NCBI GenBank assembly: GCA_019661865.1
Contig: JAIFWJ010000004.1
Coordinates: 1 to 57,665 of the forward strand
Reading direction: 5' to 3'
Source of the DNA: Candidatus Parcubacteria bacterium
Lineage (GTDB): Bacteria; Patescibacteriota; Minisyncoccia; Phycocordibacterales; Zambryskibacteraceae
DNA length: 57,665 nt
The notes under the pieces were generated by a model, which was given only the letters and a program-made list of their open reading frames with translations, made no database searches and was not told the origin of the DNA. Each line of letters starts with the position of its first letter. Within the stretch, counting starts at the first letter, position 1. This document shows positions 35,664 to 43,806 of the stretch, piece by piece. Both the position numbers and the translations under genes were made by a program.

Positions 35664-36798
35664 TTTTAACTCTTGAAATAAGTTTCTCTATTACCTCGAT
35701 AACCATTTCCACCGAAACGCTATTTATTTGGCGAAGAGCTTCCTCATAATCAATGAGATGAGCATTCATAGTCATGACTACTGGACCTTTACGGTCCTTA
35801 GGTATTACGACCAAATGGTACTCTCCATCATTTGGAGCTTGTTCATTTTCATCAATATTGCCGGCTATATCAACTGTGGGTATGTCTTGCGCTTCGGCGA
35901 AAAAGACTGGACCGGTATCAACACTCACCATCATATCGAGTCTTGCAACCAGGGCCTTAAGTTCGTCGATGGACAATGTGCTTGTTGTATCTAAGACATT
36001 TTCCTTATGCTGAATAGCTTCTAGCATTTCTTGAGACTCCTTCAGATTATCTTTGCCACCGATAACTATTATCTGAGCATTATGCCTTTCTATAAGATGG
36101 TCAGCCACTTGTGCGAATCTCTCCGGCGGCCACTGCTTTATCTTATTACCCGCACCGGTGACTACGCCGATAATGAAACCCTTGGGATCTTTTAGTTTAT
36201 TTAAAATCTCTTCTGCTTTACGTCGTGCCGACTCTGTATAGTAGACATATTTCTTTGTATTTTTTGTATATATGCCTATTGGCTCAAGAAGTTTTAGATA
36301 TTCTCCGGGTGCATAATATCGCATCCTATGAGTCTTTATATTTACCAGAGGCCTCAATAATTTATATGGTCTTGTCTCATACGGTGACCAACCATTAATG
36401 ACTGTTGGAGCTGCAATCACCTTTACTCCTCCTAGGAAAAGAGCTGCCAGCGCATGAAAGCTTGGAGATGTAACACATCCGAAATCAAATTTATTATTCT
36501 TAAATATTTTTGAAAGTTCTGAAATGTCTTCAGTCCATACAATGTAATCATCAACATCTTTATTACCTTCTAGAACTAGCTTCCCTACAGACTTACCAAC
36601 CACGGTGAGTTTACAGTTTGGATATTGTTTCTTAATTGCTCTAAACATGGGTGTGGTACATACCATATCTCCCAGCTGGGCAGCCTGGATAATTACTATC
36701 TTTTCAGGATTTACAGCTGTACCTCTGGCTGACCCCCTCTTTAGTGCGTAAAAATAGGATTTTATTACGAATAAAAGCTTGGCCCAAGAGTCCTTCAT
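35656..36798 (-). CDS. GT9 glycosyltransferase (ADP-heptose-dependent heptosyltransferase family)
   Basis: IVIIQAAQLGDMVCTTPMFRAIKKQYPNCKLTVVG is the N-terminal GT9 signature. C-terminal VSVDTGPVFFAEA is also present. Confidence 0.82.
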   Translation of the reverse strand: MKDSWAKLLFVIKSYFYALKRGSARGTAVNPEKIVIIQAAQLGDMVCTTPMFRAIKKQYPNCKLTVVGKSVGKLVLEGNKDVDDYIVWTEDISELSKIFKNNKFDFGCVTSPSFHALAALFLGGVKVIAAPTVINGWSPYETRPYKLLRPLVNIKTHRMRYYAPGEYLKLLEPIGIYTKNTKKYVYYTESARRKAEEILNKLKDPKGFIIGVVTGAGNKIKQWPPERFAQVADHLIERHNAQIIVIGGKDNLKESQEMLEAIQHKENVLDTTSTLSIDELKALVARLDMMVSVDTGPVFFAEAQDIPTVDIAGNIDENEQAPNDGEYHLVVIPKDRKGPVVMTMNAHLIDYEEALRQINSVSVEMVIEVIEKLISRVKND

Positions 36799-36804
36799 GC
36801 GTTG

Positions 36805-36813
36805 TAGTATACT
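36805..36813. promoter_or_regulatory. Overlapping face-to-face -10 elements within the 18-nt divergent intergenic spacer
   Basis: The spacer 36799-36816 reads gcgttgtagtatactatc. On the plus strand, TAGTAT (36805-36810) lies 6 nt before the ATG at 36817. On the minus strand, TATACT (complement of 36807-36812) lies 7 nt before the ATG at 36798. Confidence 0.45.
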
Positions 36814-36816
36814 ATC

Positions 36817-37383
36817 ATGGTGATAAAAGGATACTTGGAGAAATCTATTGCCGCTAAGACTTTAGCGTTGGCAGATAAGGCTTTTTTGGAAAATGCGGAG
36901 AGGGCCGGTAAAATACTAAAAGAATCTTTACTCAAGGGTAAGAGAGTTTACATCGCAGGGAATGGCGGCAGTGCTGCTGACTCCCAACACTTCTCAGCCG
37001 AGCTCCTGGGTAAGTACAAGTCTATGAGAAGGGCTTTTCCTGCCGTAGCACTTACTACTGATACTTCCATGCTCACAGCCTGGGCAAATGACACCGCCTT
37101 CGACTTTATATTCTCACGCCAGCTAGAGGGTCTCGGTGAGAAGGGGGATATATTTGTAGCCATCTCCGCCGGAGGGAATTCTCCAAATATTATCGAGGCT
37201 TTAAAGACAGCAAAGTCCAAAGGCATGGTAACAATTTGCCTCCTCGGTAAGGATGGCGGCCAAGCCAAAGGAATGTGTGACATACCTATAGTCGTCCCGT
37301 CTGATGTCACTTCGCACATACAAGAAGTACATATAACTTTAGTTCATTTCTTTTCAGAACTTTTAGAAGACATAAAATCTTGA
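36817..37383 (+). CDS. gmhA: Phosphoheptose (sedoheptulose-7-phosphate) isomerase
   Basis: YIAGNGGSAADSQHFSAELLGKY..ISAGGNSPN..HIQEVH, a SIS-domain GmhA signature. Confidence 0.9.
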   Translation: MVIKGYLEKSIAAKTLALADKAFLENAERAGKILKESLLKGKRVYIAGNGGSAADSQHFSAELLGKYKSMRRAFPAVALTTDTSMLTAWANDTAFDFIFSRQLEGLGEKGDIFVAISAGGNSPNIIEALKTAKSKGMVTICLLGKDGGQAKGMCDIPIVVPSDVTSHIQEVHITLVHFFSELLEDIKS

Positions 37384-38045
37384 TTGAAGCATTGCTTTGG
37401 GATATTGATGGAGTGTTTGTAGACACGGAAGAAATTCACTTCCGTTCTTGGCAATGGTTACTGGAGCAAGAAGGAAAAACTTTAACCCTAGAAGAATATA
37501 TACCTTGTGTAGGTCACACCGGTACAGAAAATATACAAAGGTTAGCATGGCTTAAAGGTATTTCTGGAGATCTAGAGGCTAAGAGACTTCTTCGTAGGCA
37601 AAAGTTTGAAGAGCTCCGTAAAGATGGGGCTCCTATTATAGAAGAAAATATAGAATTCCTTAAAAATTTTAAAAAGGAGTTTCCGAATCTCAAATATACA
37701 ATCGTTTCAGCAGCATCAAAATCAGATATAAAGATAAATCTAGAGACTGCAAAGATTTCAGAATTTTTTCAGGATATTATATCTTTCGAAGAAAATGGTG
37801 GAATGAAAAGAAAACCCTATCCAGACATGTATATCCTGGCTCTAGACCATCTGAATCTTCCAGCTTCTAAGTGTATTGCGTTTGAGGACACAGAAAGCGG
37901 CATAATCTCAGCGGCTGAAGCCGGCATACACACCGTAGCTCTCCCGAACCATCTGACAGAAAGTCAGGATTTCTCCAGGGCCTCTATGGTTATTAGTCTT
38001 GGAGGGATAAAGAGTCCGAAAGGGATTATTGACAACATCAATTAA
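37380..38045 (+). CDS. HAD-IA hydrolase (beta-phosphoglucomutase-like); candidate heptose bisphosphate phosphatase
   Basis: HAD motif I is WDIDGVFVDTE, with FEDTESGIISAAEAG also present. The TTG start overlaps the gmhA stop (TTGA). The GmhB role is inferred from context only. Confidence 0.8.
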   Translation: MIEALLWDIDGVFVDTEEIHFRSWQWLLEQEGKTLTLEEYIPCVGHTGTENIQRLAWLKGISGDLEAKRLLRRQKFEELRKDGAPIIEENIEFLKNFKKEFPNLKYTIVSAASKSDIKINLETAKISEFFQDIISFEENGGMKRKPYPDMYILALDHLNLPASKCIAFEDTESGIISAAEAGIHTVALPNHLTESQDFSRASMVISLGGIKSPKGIIDNIN

Positions 38046-38194
38046 TGAATGTAAGGTCTTTTCAGTCATTGTATAGGACACAACTTTTCGGAGAGTCATA
38101 TGTTCCAAATCCATTTGTGGACGATCGAGGCAATGTATAACTCGATCATTCCTAGAATTCTCGAGGTAGAAGGTAACCGTGCTTTTTCATAAAT

Positions 38195-38224
38195 TCATAA
38201 ATAAAACCACCAGTTAACTGGTGG
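38195..38224 (-). terminator. Rho-independent terminator overlapping the transaldolase stop codon
   Basis: ccaccag-ttaa-ctggtgg (38207-38224). The minus RNA is followed by UUUUAUUUAU. Confidence 0.65.
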
Positions 38225-38930
38225 GTATGGTGTACTCGGCTGCCCGGGCATCATCATAGAACATCTGAACAGTCTCTCTCGAGTATTCAGTCAGATCCTT
38301 GCCCACAAGTGACAGCTTCTTCAGGACGTCGTTTGTGGCTGTGATGATGTGACAGCCGATCGAGTCAGCTTGAATGACATTCAGAAGCTCTCTGGGACTG
38401 GCCCACAGAAGTTCTGCCAAAGGCCTCTCATGGAGAATCCCTAGGGCATCCTGCATCACAGGGACAGGATCCAATCCAGTGTCTGCAATACGACCAGCAA
38501 ACACAGATACGACTGCTCGGGTGTTTGGGTTTAGGTTATCCATCACCCTTAATACCTGTCCGAGAGTGAGGACAGCAGTCACATTCACCTTTACTCCCGC
38601 TCGGGAGAGAATACCCACTGTGAGACCCGAGAAAATTCCTCGAGTGTTCGTTACCGGTATCTTCACATACACATTCTCGCCCCACGAGGCGATCTCCCGT
38701 GCCTGCCTCTCCATTTCCGGGAAGTCGTCAGCGAAAACTTCAAACGAGATCGGCTTACCTCCTACTAGAGCCAGGGCTTCCAGGGCAAAGGCTTTGTAGT
38801 CCTTCACCCCCGCCTTTCTCATCAGAGTCGGGTTCGTGGTGAAGCCCTGAATCCGAGGATCTCGGGCCATTTCCTCAATACCCCTAAGGTCTGCTCCGTC
38901 GGCGAAGAGCTTTATTTTTAAAGTGTGCAT
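38214..38930 (-). CDS. tal: Transaldolase / fructose-6-phosphate aldolase family (short type)
   Basis: IKLFADGADLRGIEEMARDPRIQGFTTNPTLMRKAG..YVKIPVT. A strong SD, AGGAGG, lies 4 nt before the ATG. The gene is visibly GC-rich (33 of 60 G+C in line 38401-38460). Confidence 0.85.
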   Translation of the reverse strand: MHTLKIKLFADGADLRGIEEMARDPRIQGFTTNPTLMRKAGVKDYKAFALEALALVGGKPISFEVFADDFPEMERQAREIASWGENVYVKIPVTNTRGIFSGLTVGILSRAGVKVNVTAVLTLGQVLRVMDNLNPNTRAVVSVFAGRIADTGLDPVPVMQDALGILHERPLAELLWASPRELLNVIQADSIGCHIITATNDVLKKLSLVGKDLTEYSRETVQMFYDDARAAEYTIPTS

Positions 38931-38990
38931 TAATCCTCCTGGTTTTGGATGGAAATTCTATTACACGTATAACAGAGTAGTGACTATAAA

Positions 38991-39947
38991 TCAATCCCGA
39001 AGTAACTTCTTCAAATTAATCATCTTGGGTGGCGTCGTGCCGGGAATAGTTGCTGATAATGCTGCCCAGGCATTAGCAATATAGAGAGTCTCTTCAGGAA
39101 AATCCAAGTCTCCAAGACTAAAGGCAGACATGAAAGCGTCACCTGCCCCGCATGGATCTACCGCCTCAACGTGAATAGCAGGAGTTTTTATAAATTTATT
39201 GTTTATCAAGGCGATAGAGCCATGATCGCCTAATTTAACTATCACATTCTTCAAGTCTAGTTTTTTCTTTATAGCCTCAAGAGAGCCTCCAGCCTTAAGT
39301 GAATTAAATTTTGGATAGACAGCCTTAGCCTCTCCTTCGTTAAGAAACATTGTATGTGCACCTTTATAAAAATGATGATTCGACGGTCTGTGTGAAATCT
39401 GAGTATCAATGTACAAAGGTATATTTTTCTCTTTACTGATTTTTTTCAGATGGTTGATAACTTTCTTTGTCAGTAAACCATGTTGAGGATCCATGGCAAC
39501 AATCGCATCAACTTTATTTATTAATGAATCTATATTTTTTATAACTTTTCTCTCAATAGATGGATCAATATCCCTGTGGTCAACTTTATTAAGATGTAAG
39601 GTCCTCACATCACCTGTAAAGATTCTTCTTTTCACGATAGTTGGTCGAGTCTTGTCAACTATAAAATACTTCTTTAGGCGGGAGTGTGTTAGATTATCAT
39701 AATACCTTGCATCTTCATCATCTCCGACGACTGTAATGAAAAAGACCTTTCCACCGAGTTCAAGTAAATTCTTAGCGATAAGACCATTACCCCCGAAGGA
39801 GGTCTCTACTTTCTTCTCTTCGATTCTAGGAACAGAAGTGCCTAGACCTTGTCCTGCTGCGACACCATAAATATAAACATCCAGTATCGCATCACCCACT
39901 AGAAGTATTCTTTTATCTTTGAAACTTTTAATCAGTTTGTCCTTCAT
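38991..39947 (-). CDS. hldA: PfkB-family sugar kinase, D-glycero-beta-D-manno-heptose-7-phosphate kinase type (HldE domain I equivalent)
   Basis: ILLVGDAILDVYIYG..GGNGLIAKNL..DPCGAGDAFMSAF. It overlaps the adenylyltransferase gene by 4 nt. Confidence 0.8.
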   Translation of the reverse strand: MKDKLIKSFKDKRILLVGDAILDVYIYGVAAGQGLGTSVPRIEEKKVETSFGGNGLIAKNLLELGGKVFFITVVGDDEDARYYDNLTHSRLKKYFIVDKTRPTIVKRRIFTGDVRTLHLNKVDHRDIDPSIERKVIKNIDSLINKVDAIVAMDPQHGLLTKKVINHLKKISKEKNIPLYIDTQISHRPSNHHFYKGAHTMFLNEGEAKAVYPKFNSLKAGGSLEAIKKKLDLKNVIVKLGDHGSIALINNKFIKTPAIHVEAVDPCGAGDAFMSAFSLGDLDFPEETLYIANAWAALSATIPGTTPPKMINLKKLLRD

Positions 39948-40411
39948 CTTTTCTGAATAACTTTCTTTACCGTATTTGTAGTTGAGAAATTTCCGACTTT
40001 GTTGAAACGAATTACTTCTACATGTTTCGGCAGACCGTCAATTCGACGCGTCTCCTCTGGAGTATGCTCACTTTTACTACCCCTGACCACTATGTCAGCT
40101 CTTACCTTGCGGACGACTTTACCCGTACGACTTTCGTTAAAAATTACGACCTTGTCAGCAATACCCAGAGATTCGATAAACAACTTACGATCTTTCTGGT
40201 TATTTATAGGACGATTAGGTCCTTTTAGTCTTCTCACCGCCCTGTCAGAATTTAAACCAACAATTAATTTGTCTCCCAGGGATCGTGCAAATCTTAAAAG
40301 TTTTATATGGCCAGGATGTATGATATCGAAAACCCCGTTTACAAATACAATTTTAGCTTTATTTTTAGCCATAATTCTTTTCACCCTATCATGCACTATG
40401 GGTAAACTCAA
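39944..40411 (-). CDS. hldC: Cytidylyltransferase-fold heptose-1-phosphate adenylyltransferase (HldE domain II equivalent)
   Basis: IVFVNGVFDIIHPGHIKLLRFARSLGDKLIVGLNSDRAVRRLKGPNRPI. The likely true start is Met-14 (ATG at 40370-40372), which removes the overlap with the upstream GT4 gene. Confidence 0.82.
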   Translation of the reverse strand: MSLPIVHDRVKRIMAKNKAKIVFVNGVFDIIHPGHIKLLRFARSLGDKLIVGLNSDRAVRRLKGPNRPINNQKDRKLFIESLGIADKVVIFNESRTGKVVRKVRADIVVRGSKSEHTPEETRRIDGLPKHVEVIRFNKVGNFSTTNTVKKVIQKR

Positions 40412-41504
40412 GAATATTTTGTGCTCGGTTATTCCATGAATACTCCTTTACGATTCGGAGTGCCTCTTTAGCCTTCTTTTCCATATCTTGTGGATCTTTA
40501 AATGCCGATTTAATCTTTTCGGCCAGATTATGAGGATCGTCAGGGTTAAAAAAATATGCTGAAGATTCATCTATGATTTCTCTAAGGGATGGCAAATCCG
40601 AGGCTATTATGGATGTAGAACTGGCCATGTATTCAAAGAGCTTCATTGGAGAAGTGTAGAGCTTGGAGATATCCTCCTCGGCACTGTTTGGAATAGTTAA
40701 AATGTCTGCCGCTCTCATGTATAGAGGCATTTCTTTATGAAGTTTTTTGCCTAAAATTTTAATATTATTTAAGTGTCCAAACCTATTTTTAAAACTTTCT
40801 ATATCATTCTCTGTTCCACCGATAAATACCGCCACTACACCATCTGGGAATTCTCTAGCGGCTTCGGCCAGAATATGAGCTCCTTTCCAAGAATACAAGT
40901 GACCAGTATAAAGAACAATTTTTTCATCTCTCGCTAATCCAAGCTTACGCCTCGCTTCTTCCTTACTCTCACTTATATTGAACTTTTCGAAATCAACTGC
41001 GTCCGGTGCCACGAGAATATTTCTCTCAACTACCCCGAGCCCGACATATAGATTTTTAAGTCCATGACTAATGACGACGATCTTTGCTCGAAGAAAAATT
41101 AGAATCCTTATAAATATATTCCTCTCACCTCTGTGTGCTTCCCATACAGGATTCTTACCAATAAGTTTTAGATAGAATGCTGACATTTCCTCTCGAGTGT
41201 AGTACAACCCTCCATGGAATACTGCATAGAGAGAAACCATCATCGAGAAGGAGAGCGATTCAAGCCAGAATCCTAATTTACCGAACCTCACTGTATCCAA
41301 GCACCAAAGCTTCCTTATTTTAAAGTTTTTCTCAATGTCATAATAAGCAAAAGGATCTTCCTTAATCTCCGTCATCCTATTAGGTACCAAAAGAGTCACA
41401 TCCAAGCCTGTGTCAGCGAAAGCCTTACACATAGAGAAGATCTGTATGCCATGAGCTTTCTCAGTTGGCATTCTAATGTTGGCAATGTAATAAAGCTTTT
41501 TCAT
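40389..41504 (-). CDS. GT4-family glycosyltransferase
   Basis: GT-B fold. C-terminal SPMKLFEYMASSTSIIAS is an E-x7-E-like region. Confidence 0.8.
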   Translation of the reverse strand: MKKLYYIANIRMPTEKAHGIQIFSMCKAFADTGLDVTLLVPNRMTEIKEDPFAYYDIEKNFKIRKLWCLDTVRFGKLGFWLESLSFSMMVSLYAVFHGGLYYTREEMSAFYLKLIGKNPVWEAHRGERNIFIRILIFLRAKIVVISHGLKNLYVGLGVVERNILVAPDAVDFEKFNISESKEEARRKLGLARDEKIVLYTGHLYSWKGAHILAEAAREFPDGVVAVFIGGTENDIESFKNRFGHLNNIKILGKKLHKEMPLYMRAADILTIPNSAEEDISKLYTSPMKLFEYMASSTSIIASDLPSLREIIDESSAYFFNPDDPHNLAEKIKSAFKDPQDMEKKAKEALRIVKEYSWNNRAQNILEFTHSA

Positions 41505-42121
41505 TTTATGAGAAAGAGATTATACCCACTCACTTGTTTACTCTTAGACTTCCCGGTAATTTTATCAAGCCATCCGCCAAATGCTTGGACTAACCTCATC
41601 CTACCTAGTGGAGAGAGCTTTACCCAGGTTTCTATGGCTCCCCTTACGGAGTTAAGTTCATAGTGAGAGAAGGGTTTGCTTAAGTATTTTAAGGAATCTT
41701 CTGTGAAGCGCCAATAATCACCGTAATAACCCTTCTCAGCATGATAATAATAAAGAAATGGCACATATACTAAGCAATACCCACCGGGCTTAAGTACTCG
41801 ATACATTTCCTTAAATGCTTTTATAGGGTTTTCCACATGCTCAAGCACAGCCAGACAAAATATGGCTTCCTGCGAATTGTCTCCGAACGGCAAGTTATGA
41901 ATATCCCCCACAATGTCTGGATGATAATCAGGAACAGGATCAAGGATTTTATAGTCGATATTTTTTAAAAATGGTAACATCCATTCTCGGTTTTTCTCGT
42001 ATCGATTATTTTTATCCTTTTGGATTCTTAATCCTCCACCAATGTCGATGACAGATTTCTTCTCAGTGAGAATTTTCTTTACCTTATCTTTGAAAAAGAT
42101 ATCCCAAGAAGAGTTTTTCAT
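41501..42121 (-). CDS. SAM-dependent methyltransferase (type 11)
   Basis: VIDIGGG..GDIHNLPFGDNSQEAIFCLAVLEHVENPIKAFKEMYRVLKPGG. Confidence 0.8.
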   Translation of the reverse strand: MKNSSWDIFFKDKVKKILTEKKSVIDIGGGLRIQKDKNNRYEKNREWMLPFLKNIDYKILDPVPDYHPDIVGDIHNLPFGDNSQEAIFCLAVLEHVENPIKAFKEMYRVLKPGGYCLVYVPFLYYYHAEKGYYGDYWRFTEDSLKYLSKPFSHYELNSVRGAIETWVKLSPLGRMRLVQAFGGWLDKITGKSKSKQVSGYNLFLIK

Positions 42122-42900
42122 TGTTTCTGCATTAAAACGTAATGAATCTCCCTCATGCCGGGAAATGGAGAAGACAGCAGTCGAAGAAAGGCTCTGAAGT
42201 TTTTCTTTGGGTGAAAACCAGGTTTGAACTTCGAGAGAGCATTTCTGGTATGGCTTTCTCTAACCTCAAACCGGCTTCTTTTAGCCATATACAAAAGCTC
42301 GGACATTGTATACTCACGCCAATGTCCGGTGAAGTTCTCTCCTTCTTCATAGAAACTTTCGATTGGCCAATTAGTTGTCTTTCCTCCAAGAAACCTGAGT
42401 CTTTTTATCAGAGTGGCAATATTCGGTGTAGACAGAAGCAAGAAACCGCCGTTTAGAAGGAGACCTCGACATAATTCCAAGAACTTTTTCGGGTCTTTCA
42501 GGTGTTCAATGGTGGCCTCGGAGATTATTACATCAGCCTTTTTAACTTGAGAAATGTCTGAGGGATTGGTTACATCTACATCGTAAATAGCTAAATTATT
42601 CTTTTCCCAGAGAAGTTTCAGTTTGGAAAAATTATTAATAGCAAATCTCTCGTCATTAAAGTCAGGAAATATATTGTGATCTATTCCTTCTGCTTCGATG
42701 TTGAGGTTCTTCAGAGCCAAGGGAATTAATCCTATGCCAGTGCCAATATCCACCACACGCTTTCTCTCAATATCGGACAAAGAGGTCAAGAGGCTTAAAG
42801 AGAAGAGATAGCGATCAAAATCATTTTTATATTTATCCGAATAAGGCTCAAGATCTTTATAAGCTTTGGTTAGAGCTATCTTTAAATCTTCTTTTCTCAT
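42118..42900 (-). CDS. Class I SAM-dependent methyltransferase
   Basis: VVDIGTGIGLIPLALKNLNIEAEGID..ISEATIEHLKDPKKF. Confidence 0.8.
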   Translation of the reverse strand: MRKEDLKIALTKAYKDLEPYSDKYKNDFDRYLFSLSLLTSLSDIERKRVVDIGTGIGLIPLALKNLNIEAEGIDHNIFPDFNDERFAINNFSKLKLLWEKNNLAIYDVDVTNPSDISQVKKADVIISEATIEHLKDPKKFLELCRGLLLNGGFLLLSTPNIATLIKRLRFLGGKTTNWPIESFYEEGENFTGHWREYTMSELLYMAKRSRFEVRESHTRNALSKFKPGFHPKKNFRAFLRLLSSPFPGMREIHYVLMQKQ

Positions 42901-42912
42901 ATTATTTCCATA

Positions 42913-43806
42913 TCATTTCTTTGCCTTGACGATAAGACCATATCCCCACCTCTTCGCCATCCAGGCTTTCACTTTTTTGGGTAAATATTTGAATACTGGG
43001 AAACTTCTCATGGGCCAATGATCTGGTTCATATCCTATATCCCAAGGAAATACTTCTACTTCAGTAAAGCCAGCTTCCATAAAAATCTTTTTAACCTCTT
43101 TTGGTGTGTAAAACTTGGTCAGTTTGTTTCCTCCAGTACTGGCGCCGTCACTATATCTGGAGGTTAATCTTACAATGGACCCATACCTGAGTAATCCAAA
43201 CATTAGTATCCCTCTCAAGAAAATTATATTAAACCAGAACGGCCAAGAACTTTTATTATACATATACCCTAGTACTCTTCCTCCATGGCCTAATACCCGA
43301 TAAATCTCTTTTACTGCCTTTTCAGTGTTCGGCATATGCATAAGACAACCCCAAGCGTTAACGAAATCATATGAATGATCTCTAAAGGTCATATTCTGAG
43401 CATCCATCTGTATAACTTCTCCAGAAAGAAACCTAGATTTGAAATTGGCCTTAGCTTCTATCGTCGCAAATGCCGTTAGATCTATAGCTGTAACTTCAGC
43501 CCCGTCCTTGGCGAATTGAACAGCGAATATACCAGAGCCAGTTGCAATGTCTAAAACCTTTTTCCCTTTGAGCGAAAATGGAACTAGTTTCGATAAAAGT
43601 GGTTTTCCTAATTCTTGAGCTCCAGTTCCAGAGTGTTTCCTAAAACGTCTTTCTATCTCTTCGAAAAACTTAAGATCCAATTTCATTTCTGGAACCCGTC
43701 CTACAAGGTCTCCAGTTTTATAGTCCCCTGCAGCACCTAGAGTAAAAGGATTCTCATCCCACCAACTTTGAATTTCTTGTGTTTTCTTATCCATTAGGAA
43801 ATTCAA
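42913..43806 (-). CDS. SAM-dependent methyltransferase (type 11)
   Basis: VLDIATGSGIFAVQFAKDGAEVTAIDL..WGCLMHMPNTEKAVKEIYRVLGHGG. Confidence 0.82.
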   Translation of the reverse strand: MNFLMDKKTQEIQSWWDENPFTLGAAGDYKTGDLVGRVPEMKLDLKFFEEIERRFRKHSGTGAQELGKPLLSKLVPFSLKGKKVLDIATGSGIFAVQFAKDGAEVTAIDLTAFATIEAKANFKSRFLSGEVIQMDAQNMTFRDHSYDFVNAWGCLMHMPNTEKAVKEIYRVLGHGGRVLGYMYNKSSWPFWFNIIFLRGILMFGLLRYGSIVRLTSRYSDGASTGGNKLTKFYTPKEVKKIFMEAGFTEVEVFPWDIGYEPDHWPMRSFPVFKYLPKKVKAWMAKRWGYGLIVKAKK

